From: Hypanus sabinus
Taxonomy: Eukaryota
Direction: 5' to 3'
DNA length: 64,000 nucleotides
Assembly: GCF_030144855.1 (NCBI RefSeq)
Contig: NC_082707.1
Coordinates: 13,702,001-13,766,000, forward strand
The position numbers and the translations under genes were made by a program. Within the stretch, counting starts at the first letter, position 1. Every line of letters begins with the position of its first letter. Under the pieces are notes generated by a model. The model had not been told where the DNA came from. It worked only from the letters and a program-made list of their open reading frames with translations, and did no database searches. Below are positions 1 through 11,344 of the stretch, piece after piece.

Positions 1-216
1 AGAGGAGAATGACCAGATTGGTACAAGCTGACAGGAAGGCGAGAATAACTCCGACAACCAATCGTTGCCAAGTGCTGTGCAGAGGAGTATCTATACATTT
101 GCAGCATGTCAGACCTGGAAGTGCATAGGCTACGGCAGCAGCAGATCTCAGCCAAGAACTCAGTGTCCACCTTATTCATTACAGGTGTGACGTAATAATG
201 TGTCCACTGAATGTAT
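1..216 (+). mobile_element. Tc1/mariner-like degenerate element end (in intron 1 of V2R gene C)
   Basis: Decayed Tc1 transposase HTH-like text (..ADRKARITPTTNRCQ..) followed by an inverted-repeat end cagtgtccaccttatt...aataatgtgtccactg. Homologous to 52655-53161. Confidence 0.6.
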
Positions 217-423
217 CGGCGACAACATTAACATTAATGGGCAGAAAATGTCGGTATCTCGCAACATAAGATGCTTGGTGCAGATTTTCCCATTTGGATT
301 TATCTCGGAGATCAGTGAAAAAAAGTAGAAAACTACTTTATAAAATTTCATCGTAAATTTTTTCTTGAAAGAGTACAACAGAGCGATTAATCAAAGCCAC
401 AACCGATCAGATAGTTAACAAAC

Positions 424-632
424 CTTTTACATTTCTTTTCTTCAGTCCGTTTGGTGAATGAATTTATCTGCTGGAAGCTGTTTAAGTGCACAGTGAATAA
501 CCCACCAAGTACAACGTCCCCATCCTTAGATATGTTAGACAGTTGGATTCTTTCCCGAAGCCGACAGCCTGGCGCATCTAAACCCAAAGGAAAAGCCGAT
601 CCTACCAGGACTCCCAAAACAAAGAGAAACAT
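424..632 (-). CDS. V2R/OlfC receptor gene C, exon 1 (remaining exons lie left of the window)
   Basis: ATG at 632, signal peptide MFLFVLGVLVGSAF, then CRLRERIQLSNISKDGDVVLGGLF...KCK. 209 nt ending in AG|GTTTGT, the same length and phase as exon 1 of genes A and B. Confidence 0.88.
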
Positions 633-764
633 TGCAGGAATAAAGATAGCGACTATCGAATAGTCTTCTTGTGTACTATTACTGACTCTAAACACGAGTC
701 CGACTTTAAATACGGAAGAAGATATTCTCAATAGGAAACTGCGGCTGCTAGAAAATCACCCAAC

Positions 765-838
765 GTCCCGAGTGAATATAACACTGAGATAAGTCTCATG
801 TGCGAGTCACCAAGTGATCATTTAAGCTGGAAGGCAAA
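765..838 (-). promoter_or_regulatory. Candidate proximal promoter motifs of gene C (plus-strand TCCCGAGTGAATA and GCTGGAAGGCAAA)
   Basis: Both motifs recur at similar distances upstream of the ATG in genes A and B. Function is inferred. Confidence 0.4.
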
Positions 839-894
839 TTCCGTGTTGCGAATTAAATACAGTAAAAATAACACATAACAATGCCTCACAGGTA

Positions 895-1517
895 GACATG
901 GGGTGTTAGCTTTCATAAGTCGAGGGATAGAGTTTAAGAGACGCGATGTAATGATGCAACTCTATAAAACTCTAGTTAGGCCACACTTGGAGTACTGTGT
1001 CCAGTTCTAGTCGCCTCACTGTAGGAAGGATGTGGAAGCATTGGAAAGGGTACAGAGGAGATTTACCAGGAAGCTGCCTGGTTTAGAGAGTATGGATTAT
1101 GATAAGAGATTAAGGGAGCTAGGGCTTTACTCTTTGGAGAGAAGGAGGATGAGAGGAGACATGATAGAGGTGTACAAGATATTAAGAGTAATAGACAGAG
1201 TGGACAGCCAGCGCCTCTTCCCCAGTGCTCCACTGCTCAGTACAAGAGGACATGGCTTTAAGGTAACGGGAGGGAAGTTCAAGGGGGATATTAGAGGAAG
1301 GTTTTTCACTCAGAGAGTGGTTGGTGCGTGGAATGCACTGCCTGAGTCAGTGGTGGAGGCAGACACACTAGTGAAGTTTAAGAGACTACCAGACAGGTAT
1401 ATGGAGGAATTTAAGATGGGTGGTTATATGGGAGACAGGGTTTGATGGTCGGCACAACAGTGTGGGCCGAAGAGCCTGTAATGCGTTCTACTATTCTATG
1501 TTCTATTTTCTATGTTC
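895..1517 (+). mobile_element. CR1 LINE, 5'-truncated (ORF2 C-terminus plus 3' tail)
   Basis: ORF 1032-1445 LERVQRRFTRKLPGL...FFTQRVVGAWNALP, typical of CR1 ORF2. (ctatgtt)n-like tail at about 1490-1517. Confidence 0.9.
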
Positions 1518-3690
1518 TGTTGCTCTTTACAAGTTTCCCAATCCTCTGGCTTCCCGCTCATCTTTGCTATGCTATATTTGTTCTCTTTTATTTTTATACT
1601 GTCCTTGACTTCCCATGTTAGCCACCGTCGCCCCTTACTCCCCTTAGAATTTTTCTTCCTCTTTGGAATGAACTGATCTTGCAACTTCTGTATTACTCCC
1701 AGAAATAACTGTCATTGTTGTTCCACTGTCATTCCTGCCACGGTATCCTTCCAGTCAACTTTGGCTAGTTCCTCCCTCATGGCTCCATAGTCCCCTTTAT
1801 TCAACTGTAATACGACACTTCCGATTTTTCCTTCTCCCTCTAAAATTGCAGATTAAACATCACATTATGGTCACTACCTCCTAATGGCTCCCTTACCTCG
1901 AGTTCGCTTATCAAATCTCCTTCATTACACAAGACTAGATCCAGAATTGCCTTCCCCCTGGTAGGATCCAGTACAAGCTGCTCTAAGAATCCATCTCGGA
2001 GACACTCCACAAACTCCCTTTCTTGGGGTCCAGTACCAACCTGATTTTTTCCAGTCTACCTGCATGTTGAAATCCCCCATTACTACCGTAGCATTACCTT
2101 TGCGGCATTCTAATTTTAGCTCTTGATTCAACTTGCACCCTCTATCCAGGCTACTGTTTGGGGGCCTGTAGATAACTCCCATTAGGATCTTTTTGCCCTT
2201 ACAATTCCTCAGTTCTATCCATACTGACTCTACAGCTCCTGATTTCATGTCACCCCTCGCAAGGGACTGAATTTCATTCCTCACCAGCAGAGCCACCACT
2301 CCCCCACTGCCCACCTGTCTGCCCTTTCGATAGGACGTATACCCTTGAATATTCATTTACCAAACATGGTCCTCTTGCAGCCATGTCGTTGTTGTTCCTA
2401 CAACATCATACTTGCCAATTTCCAACTGAGCCTCAAGCTCATCCACTTTATTTCTTATACTTCGTGCATTCATGTATAATGCTTTTAATTCATTACTCCC
2501 CTCGCTTTACACATCGATCCGTATTGCATTTGGCCATACTCTCCGATCCCTTCCTGAGCTTTCCGGCCCATCAATTCTGTTGTCTTTCTTAACCATTCCT
2601 TTTCTCTCTTTCCCTTTAACTCCATCCTTATATTTCCAGTTTGTCTCCTCCCCCCCTCCCCACTTATTACTTTAAAAACACCCGTGTAGCAGTGGCAAAC
2701 CTGCCTGCCAGAATGTTGGTCTTCCGCCTGTAGGTGCAACACGTCTCCTTTTTACAATTCACCCTCACCCCAAAACAGATCACAGTGGTCTAAGAATATA
2801 AAACCCTGCTTGCTGCACCAGCTCCTTAGCCACACATTGAGATCCCATATCTCCATGTTCCTGCTCTCAGCAGCACGAGGAACTGGAAGCAAACTGGAGA
2901 TACCCACCCTGGAAGACTTGCTTTTCAGCCTTCTTCTGAGTTATCTGAAGTCACGCTGCAGAATTTTTTTCCTCTTCTTCCCGACGTCATTTGTGCCGAC
3001 ATGCACTACCACCTCCAGCTGTTCATCTTCGCCGTTGAGGATGCCCTGCAATCGGACAAGACGTCCTGGATCCTGGCACCAGGGATGCAACGCACCATCC
3101 TTAAATCCCACCTGTTTCCGCAGAAACCCCTTTCTGTACCTCTCACTATGGAATCCCCTACTACCATGGCTCTGCCTGACGTCTGTCTCTTCGGCTTTGC
3201 TTCAGTGCCAATTTTTGACTCGCAGACCTGTCCACCTCCCAGACTGGCAGTGTCTTCCAAGAGGGTGAACCTGTTTTCAAGAGGCACATCCCCCGGGGTC
3301 TCCTGTACCTCAAGCTTCCATCCCTTCCTCATCGTCGCCCCCCTTCTCTCTTCCGGTATCTTCGGTGTAATGATCTCGCTGTAGGTCCTGTCCAGAAAAC
3401 TCACGTTTCACGGATGAACCTGAGGTCATCCAGCTGCTTCTCCAGTGCCCCAACACGATCCTTCAAGGGCTAGACCTGGACACACTTTTCACAGTTGTAG
3501 CAGCCGGAGGCACCAGCAGTGTCCCTGACCTCCCACATCAGGCAAGCATCACACTGAATCAGTTTACCTGTCATCTCTTCACTACCTCTCTCCTTATCCA
3601 ACTGTGGCGTAGTCTCTTCGCTCAGCCTCCTCATCGAAGACTCTCGGCTTCCAAGACTTCCCTCATTTGTTCTCATAGCTGACAACAGCC
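1518..3690 (-). mobile_element. CR1 LINE 5' portion: ORF1 (Cys/Zn-finger-like plus SGNH esterase-like) and ORF2 endonuclease, degenerate
   Basis: IQCDACLMWEV...CEKC (3470-3685); VVGDSIVRGTE...CIPGARIQDV (3006-3404); APE motifs GVIYRPPNS and VVMGDFN (1925-2356). Confidence 0.85.
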
Positions 3691-4754
3691 TTAATGGTGA
3701 AAGTAGAAACAGATGACTAAATAGAGGCAGTAATAGAAATGCGAATCACATAACTTTGAAACAAAATCTCAGCACGTATATTATTGTACTGAGTTCTCGG
3801 CCCACTGCCTTACACGGTGAGTTATATCACTCTTCAGTAGGTGCTTTTCCCAAAAGCTCCCTTCCAAAAAGCACGATAGGACGACTAAAACAACACGTCA
3901 GCTGAAATGTTTCTTTCCTCGGACTGTTGATCTGATCAGCCATTTTAGTTTATCAGCCCAAACCCCTTCTGCCTATTACCTCTGTCACTGCATTGCACTG
4001 TAAACACTTGAACCATTTTTATAATGCTGTTTACATTACAAATACTTGCTGGTATTTATATATTTATGCACATTTTATTCAATACCATGCCTTAAGAGGT
4101 TAACTTTATTTTTATATCTTTTATTCTTTGTATTTGTTGAATGTTGTTGCGATTTTTTTCTTGCATGTCCCACCCTGAGCAACACACCAAGGCAAATTCC
4201 TAATATAGTGCAAGTAAATATTAATTGTAAAATTTATCCTTGACCTCTAAAGCGGATTCATGACTCATGTCAAAGTTCACGAAAGTATGAGCAAATGGAA
4301 ATTTATTATATCTTCCTTTGAAAAATTGTCATATCCTCTTATTAACATTGATTTTCCCTCGTGCCAATTTCATTACGTGGCGGGTATGTACCTGATCTAT
4401 GTAACTGTTTCATTTAAAATGGCATACATTCCGTCAGTAAACCTTTAATAATTCATGTATTCAAAACTCCCAATAGTTTGATATCTCATTCACCTGGTGA
4501 TGTGTGTAGGACACCGTTTCATTTATTGTATCCGTAATCCTTGTACTTCCTTCTCCCTCGCTGAAGCAACTATTCCAAACTTCCATTTCACTCACGGGAA
4601 CTCTCTGTTTGCTGGACAATTTCAGCAATGCGTTGGTTCACAGACAGCACTTAAACATATATTATTCATAGAAAAATAATATTCATAGAAAAATACCACC
4701 GTGTGACATCAAAATAATGTCTATTAGGTTATTAGTAGAAACATGTCCAATAGA

Positions 4755-5140
4755 CCAGAAAATCAGACAGCCACCAATGTCCTTCACTGGCCTGGTTATC
4801 AAAGTTTCGATGCATTGTCTTATGACATCGAAGTAACCATATGGCCTACTGAGTCTTTACTGGCTATTAGAATAATCACACAACCCCAGTAATTTTGATC
4901 GGAAGCTATTCTCTCCTATTTCCAATTATTCATAATGGGTGTTTGATGGCTAGCATGAACTGAATGGGCCGAAGGGTCTATTTCGATGCTGCGTCTAACT
5001 ATATAAGAAATTACCCTTCCACATCCTAACTATAATATAAATTTAAGATTAACTATATATGGCTGAACCAGTTATTTAAAGTAATATTATTTTCCTGTCC
5101 CTCTTTCTGAGATACATTTGGATTTCATGCAATACTGATG
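4755..5140 (-). pseudogene. Possible highly decayed V2R exon 4 remnant (paralog D), split by a repeat insertion
   Basis: Patchy by-eye similarity to gene A exon 4 (ccagaaaatc; acccttc; aattta..ggctg; gatttcatgcaat). No ORF. Confidence 0.3.
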
Positions 5141-5509
5141 GAAATGATTAAACTGCAGTAACGAAAGCATCCAATAAAATTAGAAAGCTTCAACATATTG
5201 CCATACCTCCTACTTGTCACCGTTCCAAACAATGTTCCTCGAATTCAGCATCACCTGTTGGCCTGGATTGCTGCCCCGCTGTAATATCCAATTGTCCAAT
5301 TGTAAAGACCGCCATCTAACTTCAGTTATCAGTTTACAAAATCATAACTGGCCACTGGACCACCATTGACGTCATTGTAGACCATCTCCCCTGTTTTTGT
5401 TGAGGTATACATATTTCAAGGAGTGAAGTAGATACAGAATTCAAGATGAAATGCATTTATTTATTAAAGGTGAAATATAGCATTTCTTTGGTCCGCCAGC
5501 ATCTAGTTT

Positions 5510-5885
5510 AACCTGGCAGGAGAAAAGAGCTTCCAGCAATTTCTCCCTTCACTCTTCTCCCATATTCCCCACTCTGGTTGCCCTCTTGCTTCTTCTCTTC
5601 TCTCCTGCCTATCACCTCCTTCTTTCTCGAATGGTCCACACTTCTATACTTCTTCCACCTCTCAGCTCCCAGATTCTCGCTTCAACCCTCTCTCCCGCCC
5701 ATCCGGCTTCACCTATCATCTACTAATCTGTAATTGCTCCCTTTCCCACTACCACCTTCTTATTCTGGCTTCTTGCCCCTTTCTTTTCAGTCTGAATTAA
5801 TATCATTCATTTCCATATACACTGCCTAACCTGTTGAGCTCCTAATCATCTTGTGTGCTTTGATCTGGATTCCTGCATCTGCGAA
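5510..5885 (+). mobile_element. Penelope-like element 3' remnant
   Basis: Pyrimidine-rich tract ending ..ctgcctaacctgttgagctcc..cctgcatctgc. Same family as 58330-58836. Confidence 0.55.
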
Positions 5886-6276
5886 ATTACCTATATTTAT
5901 AGCGTTTGTTTATTGAATCTACATCACACAACATGGAACACAGTGCAGAATAGAAACAGACTGACTGAACGCAATGCCATTTAAACCGTCTATTCTGCTT
6001 ACATATGATTCATATTCTTAGGGGGTGATATTTTAGGTTCATTAGAAGACTCTTAAGATAGACATATGGATAAAGAAAAGTGGAGAGTTATGGTCTATGT
6101 AGGAAAGAAGGGATAGGTTGATCTTGGAGTTGGTGAAAAAGTAGTAAAGGTTTCGGCACAACATTGTGACACAAATCGTCCCTACAGAGCTGTGCAGTTC
6201 TGCCTTCGGTGCCCTGCATTCCAAATTGAGGAAATATTGTTTCTGCATTGATTAAATTTGTATGGGGGCGTCAATA

Positions 6277-7085
6277 ATGGGACATTGTGGATAGCGTGAA
6301 GGGCTGTGAGAGGTTACAGCGGGACATTGATAGGATGCAAAACTGGGCTGAGAAGTGGCAGATGGAGTTCAACCCAGATCAGTGTGAGATGATTCATTTT
6401 CGTAGGTCAAATATGATGGCAGAATATAGTATCAATGATAAGACTCTTAGCGGTGTCGAGGATCAGAGGGATCTTGGGATCAGAGTCCATAGGACACTCA
6501 AAGCTGCTGTAAAGGTTGGCTGTGAGGTTAATTATGGCATACGGTGCATTGACCTTCATCAACCGTGGGATTGAGAATAAGAGCCGTGTGGTAATGTTAC
6601 AGCTTTATAGACCCCATTTGGAGTACTGTGCTCAGTGCTGGTCGCTCACTACAGAGAGAAAGTGAAAACTATAGAAAAGGTGCGAAGAATATTTACAAGG
6701 ATGCCACCTGGATTGCAAAGAATGCCCTATGAGAATAGGTTGAATGAACGTAGCCTTTTCTCCTTGTAGCAACGGAGAACGAGAGATGGTCTGATAGAGG
6801 TGTATAAGATGATGAGACGCATTCATTGTGTGGATAGTCAGAAGCTTTTATCGCGAGTTGAAATGGCTAACACGACAGGACACAGTTTTAAGGTGCTTAG
6901 ACGTACGTACAGATGAGATGTCAGGGGTAAGTTTTTTTACGCAGAGAGTGGTGAGAGCGTGGAATGGGCTGCCGGCGACGGTGGTGGAGGCGGATACGAT
7001 AGGATGTTTTAAGGGACGCCTGGATAGGCACATGGAGCTTAGAAAAATAGAGGGCCATGGGTAACTCTAGGTAATTTCTAAAATA
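6277..7085 (+). mobile_element. CR1 LINE 3' fragment
   Basis: LQRDIDRMQNWAEKWQMEFNPD and FFTQRVVRAWNGLP, with frameshifts. Confidence 0.88.
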
Positions 7086-7438
7086 AGTTCTGATGTTAAT
7101 ATTATGTCTTTCTGGTAACGGGATAACCAAACTGTACACAGAAAGCAAAGTACGGCATCACCAACGACTTCCATGTGCAAAAATATTGACCGTATTCCTA
7201 AACTCCACCTCCTGACAGATGAAGGCGAGCTTGCTAAACAACTCCTTCGCCCCATTCTATACATCCGCGAGCACTAACAGCGAAACTGTACTTCTACTTC
7301 AATGTCACTCTGTCCCACAACTTCCGTCGTCCCCTGCCCTTAACTGTACAATTAATACCCTGGTTTGAATATCCAAAATCCATCAACTGCTTTAAAAGAT
7401 GTCTTAAAATGGATCAAGTAAAAACCATTTCAGATCTT

Positions 7439-7942
7439 CCGTGGTTAAAAGGTTGGAAGACGTACATCTGGGTTGTTCGCGAATATCCATTTGCTTATAT
7501 CATGTCTTGAAGCGCACACCGCTTTATATACATCGTAAGAGTTCCTGTTCATGATCAGGTCTTTGTATGCGTCGCTGATTTGATGCAAACTTTCATTTCC
7601 ACTGCACTGCGGGAGCCAGCCAAGTGGTTTTACAGAACTCCATCCCTAATGGATCTCCGGGAAAATTGAAATGGTGGACTGTGATCAGGCAGGCCCTCAC
7701 GCCAAGAATTTCCACCGCATGCACTGGAGTTCAGAATTTCCCTGGTAAAGGAGCGCAGGCCGCTATCTACACCAACAATTTCCTCGACAATCCACGCCTC
7801 ACAGCTTGGTCACTGCACGCCACAACGGTTTTGCCGCAGAGTCTCGATAAGTAGAATGCGCATTTCAGCAGCTTCAACAAAGGCCGCCACAACCTTTGTG
7901 GTTGCCTCCTTTATCACTTGCACTCTCATGGTGATCTTCCCC
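7439..7942 (-). pseudogene. V2R exon 3 pseudogenic fragment (paralog D)
   Basis: KITMRVQVIKEATTKVVAAFVEAAEMRILLIETLRQN aligns to KITRIVQVMKETTTKVVVAFAGPGEMRLLFQEVIRQN. Downstream DNA tracks exon 3 (gggagcc..ctttcatttcc, aagagttcc, cgctttatataca) with frameshifts and internal deletions, and the donor site is lost. Confidence 0.85.
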
Positions 7943-9319
7943 AGGAAAATAAAAATACAACAGTAACAATTACGGGTGGACGGCTTTCTGCCCCCACCCC
8001 CCACCCCCCCCATCGGTCTCTTTCCCAGGTGGAGGTTTGGGGAAAGCACTGCAGATATGCAGGGCAGGTGGGAAAAAATCCCACCCGCGGACGAATTCTG
8101 TACCCAGATTAGACGGTCCTCTGGCCAGCGTCTATTCTCCGGAATAGAGACGGCTAAAACCAACAGCTGTATGTAGGTATAAAAAGCAATACCCCTTTCA
8201 CTTTACCAATGGAGATATGTCTATGGACTGCCTGAGGATCGCCAGAGCATGCATGGAGCTAGCGCTGGACATAACAGTCTCCTATCCGATAATGGTGCTC
8301 TGCTGAATAGGCAAGCAGGCACCAGGAGACCGAAAAAGATAACAGCTAACATTCAAAATATCCCACCAACACAATAGGGTGCCACTGCTGCAGGTATGTC
8401 TCAGAGCTGTCCACTTACAAATAAGATCTTTCAAGTAGTTAAAAGAAGAATGACTGCCATGAAATAGTCATTGGAAATAAATACGTTCCCAATTCCTTCC
8501 AGTAACGAAGTGAGACTGACATGACAGCATAGAAAGAAAAAACTTTATCAACAGTTTATACCACAATATCCTTTCAGGCATGTCAATGCACGACGAAAAG
8601 CAGATCAACGCAGATTGATATCTGAAAAAGTAACTTTGTTCCATAATAATGCTATACAAGAAGGTAATGAAGATGCTTCTCCGCGGATCGCCGATGAAAA
8701 TAGAATTTCTTCAAAAACTGCTCCACAATTTGAAAGTAATAAAAAAAACGTAGATGGAGAAACCTACGGAATCCTGATGACGAGGCAGAATTTACAGACA
8801 AATTTATCCTATAACTAGCATCATACTAACAGAATATATAGAGCACTGACCCAGCAAAATACCATAACTAAAAAATCTAAAATAAAACGCGTCAGCAAAA
8901 TTTGCTAAAATTGTCAGTATTCTCAACTGTAATATTTTACCGCATTATTTAGGAAAACTTGAAAGATTTAAATGCAGCATTAATAGCAGTGCAGGGTAAT
9001 AGCTCCGATATAGAGGTAATCATTAAGAGAAACTTCAAACTTAGTAATGTCATGACAACACTAAAAGGGTAGAAGAGAATAAGAAGTAAACCTGAAATTT
9101 AATAGCAGAAAAGCCCGTTTAATTGAGGATAAAATGAAAAACCCGAGCAAAAAAGTTAAGATAAAAAGCTTAGGAATTATAAGGTCCATACAATGTCAAC
9201 AGAACGAAAGCACTGTAGAATGTATTGATACACTAAAACAAAGGCCGGGGCATATAAATCAATACTAAATAGATACATGAAATGCGCCAGACGAACTAAA
9301 CAGAACTATTATAACAGAC

Positions 9320-10070
9320 ACCACGAACAAAGATTGGAACAAACTCTTATAGTGCCTGGCCTCTGAAAGACAGGACGGGTGGAGGAACCACTTGATGCTG
9401 GCAGAGGTCGTCCACGATACTTTCCGGCATTGGGCGCACGGAATGGCACATTTCGAATGCCAATGTGGGTATTCTCCGCCACTCTTTCTGAAATAACAGG
9501 CCGACTTTGGGGTCCCTCACCCTCATCCAAATGTGCAGACAAAAATGGATGAGGGAAAGAGTGATTTTGCTGGACTCTACCCGGAACGCGGAGATCAAGG
9601 GGAGCCAGAAGAGAAGACAGGGACCTACTTTATAGCCTGGGCAATAGATCTGGCTGTCCGCTCATAAACTGCTTCTCCGAATGCATTCCAGGAAATTGAC
9701 GCCCAAATTCAATGGAAGCTTCAAGATTCTCATTAAAATAAACCGGCTGACCTACACCTTACAGCTCTTCAAGACCCACAATATCAATCTAATTTTGCAC
9801 ACTTCCAAGTTTAAGCCTGTGAACGTCAGCCCGTTAGCACCAAAACGATCAGCCCCGCCGCCATCCAGGTTTGTTGATGGAGAACAGGCTTTCCCCTTGA
9901 GAAGAACTTTGGACAAGTATTATTTGAAATATTCGGCAATATCTCGTGGCCTGGGAGGGTGTTGGACCTGAGGAGATGTGTTTGCTGCCTGAAAGAGTTT
10001 TGTTGGTTCCGGGTGCATCCATGACTACAATCAACTCTCCAAGCAACCGGGGCCATAGGGGACGTGGTCC
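9320..10070 (+). mobile_element. Gypsy/Ty3 chromovirus-like (sushi-type) integrase C-terminus and chromodomain, degenerate
   Basis: FECQCGYSPPLF and RKLTPKFNGSFKILIKINRLTYTLQL...HTSKFKP...PPPSRFVDGE (GPY/F module plus chromodomain start). Purine-rich stretch, then TGTTACGA at 10071. Confidence 0.75.
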
Positions 10071-10295
10071 TGTTACGACGTTTAGAAGCACTAACTGTCA
10101 GGAGTAGGCATAACTGGCTAGCCACTTTAAAAAATCAGGAGAGTCCTACTAATTGGCCATCATGTTTTGGGCGCCAAGTCCAAAACATTTAAGAAGCACC
10201 TGAACTGAGATTCTGTTTTCAATCGTAACACTACTCGTGATTCCGTCAAGTATTTGTTTTGTGATCCGATTCTTGATCCAGTTTGAAATCGTACA
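10071..10295 (+). mobile_element. Probable partial 3' LTR of the preceding Gypsy element
   Basis: TG start immediately after a PPT-like sequence and the chromodomain. Truncated by a CR1. Confidence 0.45.
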
Positions 10296-10312
10296 TCGAT
10301 CCTTTTTTACGG

Positions 10313-11175
10313 CTGTCAGAGGTTACAAAGGGACATTGATAGGATGCAAAACCGCGCTGAGAAGTGGCAGATGGAGTTCAACCAGGATAAGTATGAAGTG
10401 GTTAATTTTGGTAGGTCAAATATGATGGCAGAATATAGCGTTAATATTAAGACTCCTGGCAGTGTAGAGGATCGGAGGGATCATGGGGTCCGAGTCCATA
10501 GGACACTCAAAGCAGCTACGTAGGTTGACTCTGTGGTTAAGAAGGCATACGGCGCATTGGCCTTCATCAATCTTGGGATTGAGTTTAAGAGCCGAGAGGT
10601 AACGTTGCAGCTATATAGAACCCTGGTCAGACCTCACTTGAAGCACTGTACTCAGTTTTGATCGCCTCACTGCAGGAAGGACGTGGAACCATAGAAAGGG
10701 TGCAGAGCAGATTAACAGGGATGTTGCCTGGATTGGGGAGCATGCCTTATGAGAACAGGTTGAGTGAACTCGTCCTTTTCTCCTTGGAGCGACAAAGGAT
10801 AACAGGTGACCTGATAGATGTGATGAAGGTAATGAGAGATATTGATCGTGCGGATATTCAGAGACTTTTCCTCCAGGATGAAATGGCTAGCATGAGAGGG
10901 TATACTTTTAAGGAGCCTGGAAATAGGTACAGAGGAGATAGCAGGGGTAAGTTTTTTTTTACGCAGAGAGTGGTGGGTGCGTGAAATGGGCTGCTGGCGA
11001 CGGTGGTGGAGGCGGAAATGATAGACTCCTGGATGGCTACATTGAGCTTAGGGAAATAGAGGGCTATGGGTAAAGCCTAGGACTAGGTAGTTCTAAGCTA
11101 GGGACATGTTCGGCACAGCTTTGTGGGCCGAAGGGTCTGTATTGTGCCGTAGGTTTTCTATGATTCTATGTTTCT
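10313..11175 (+). mobile_element. CR1 LINE 3' fragment with tail
   Basis: ORF2 C-terminal motifs (10658-10984) and ttctatgattctatgttt tail. Confidence 0.88.
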
Positions 11176-11344
11176 GTACTTTGTTATTTATTTATTGATA
11201 CAGCGCAGAGAAGGCCATTCTGGCCGTATGAAATGTGCCGTCCTGCAACGCACCTATTTAATACTAGCCTAATCACAGGGCAATATACCATAACAAATTA
11301 ACCTAAAGTACGTTTTTGGGGAGTGGAAAGAATTCAAAACATCA

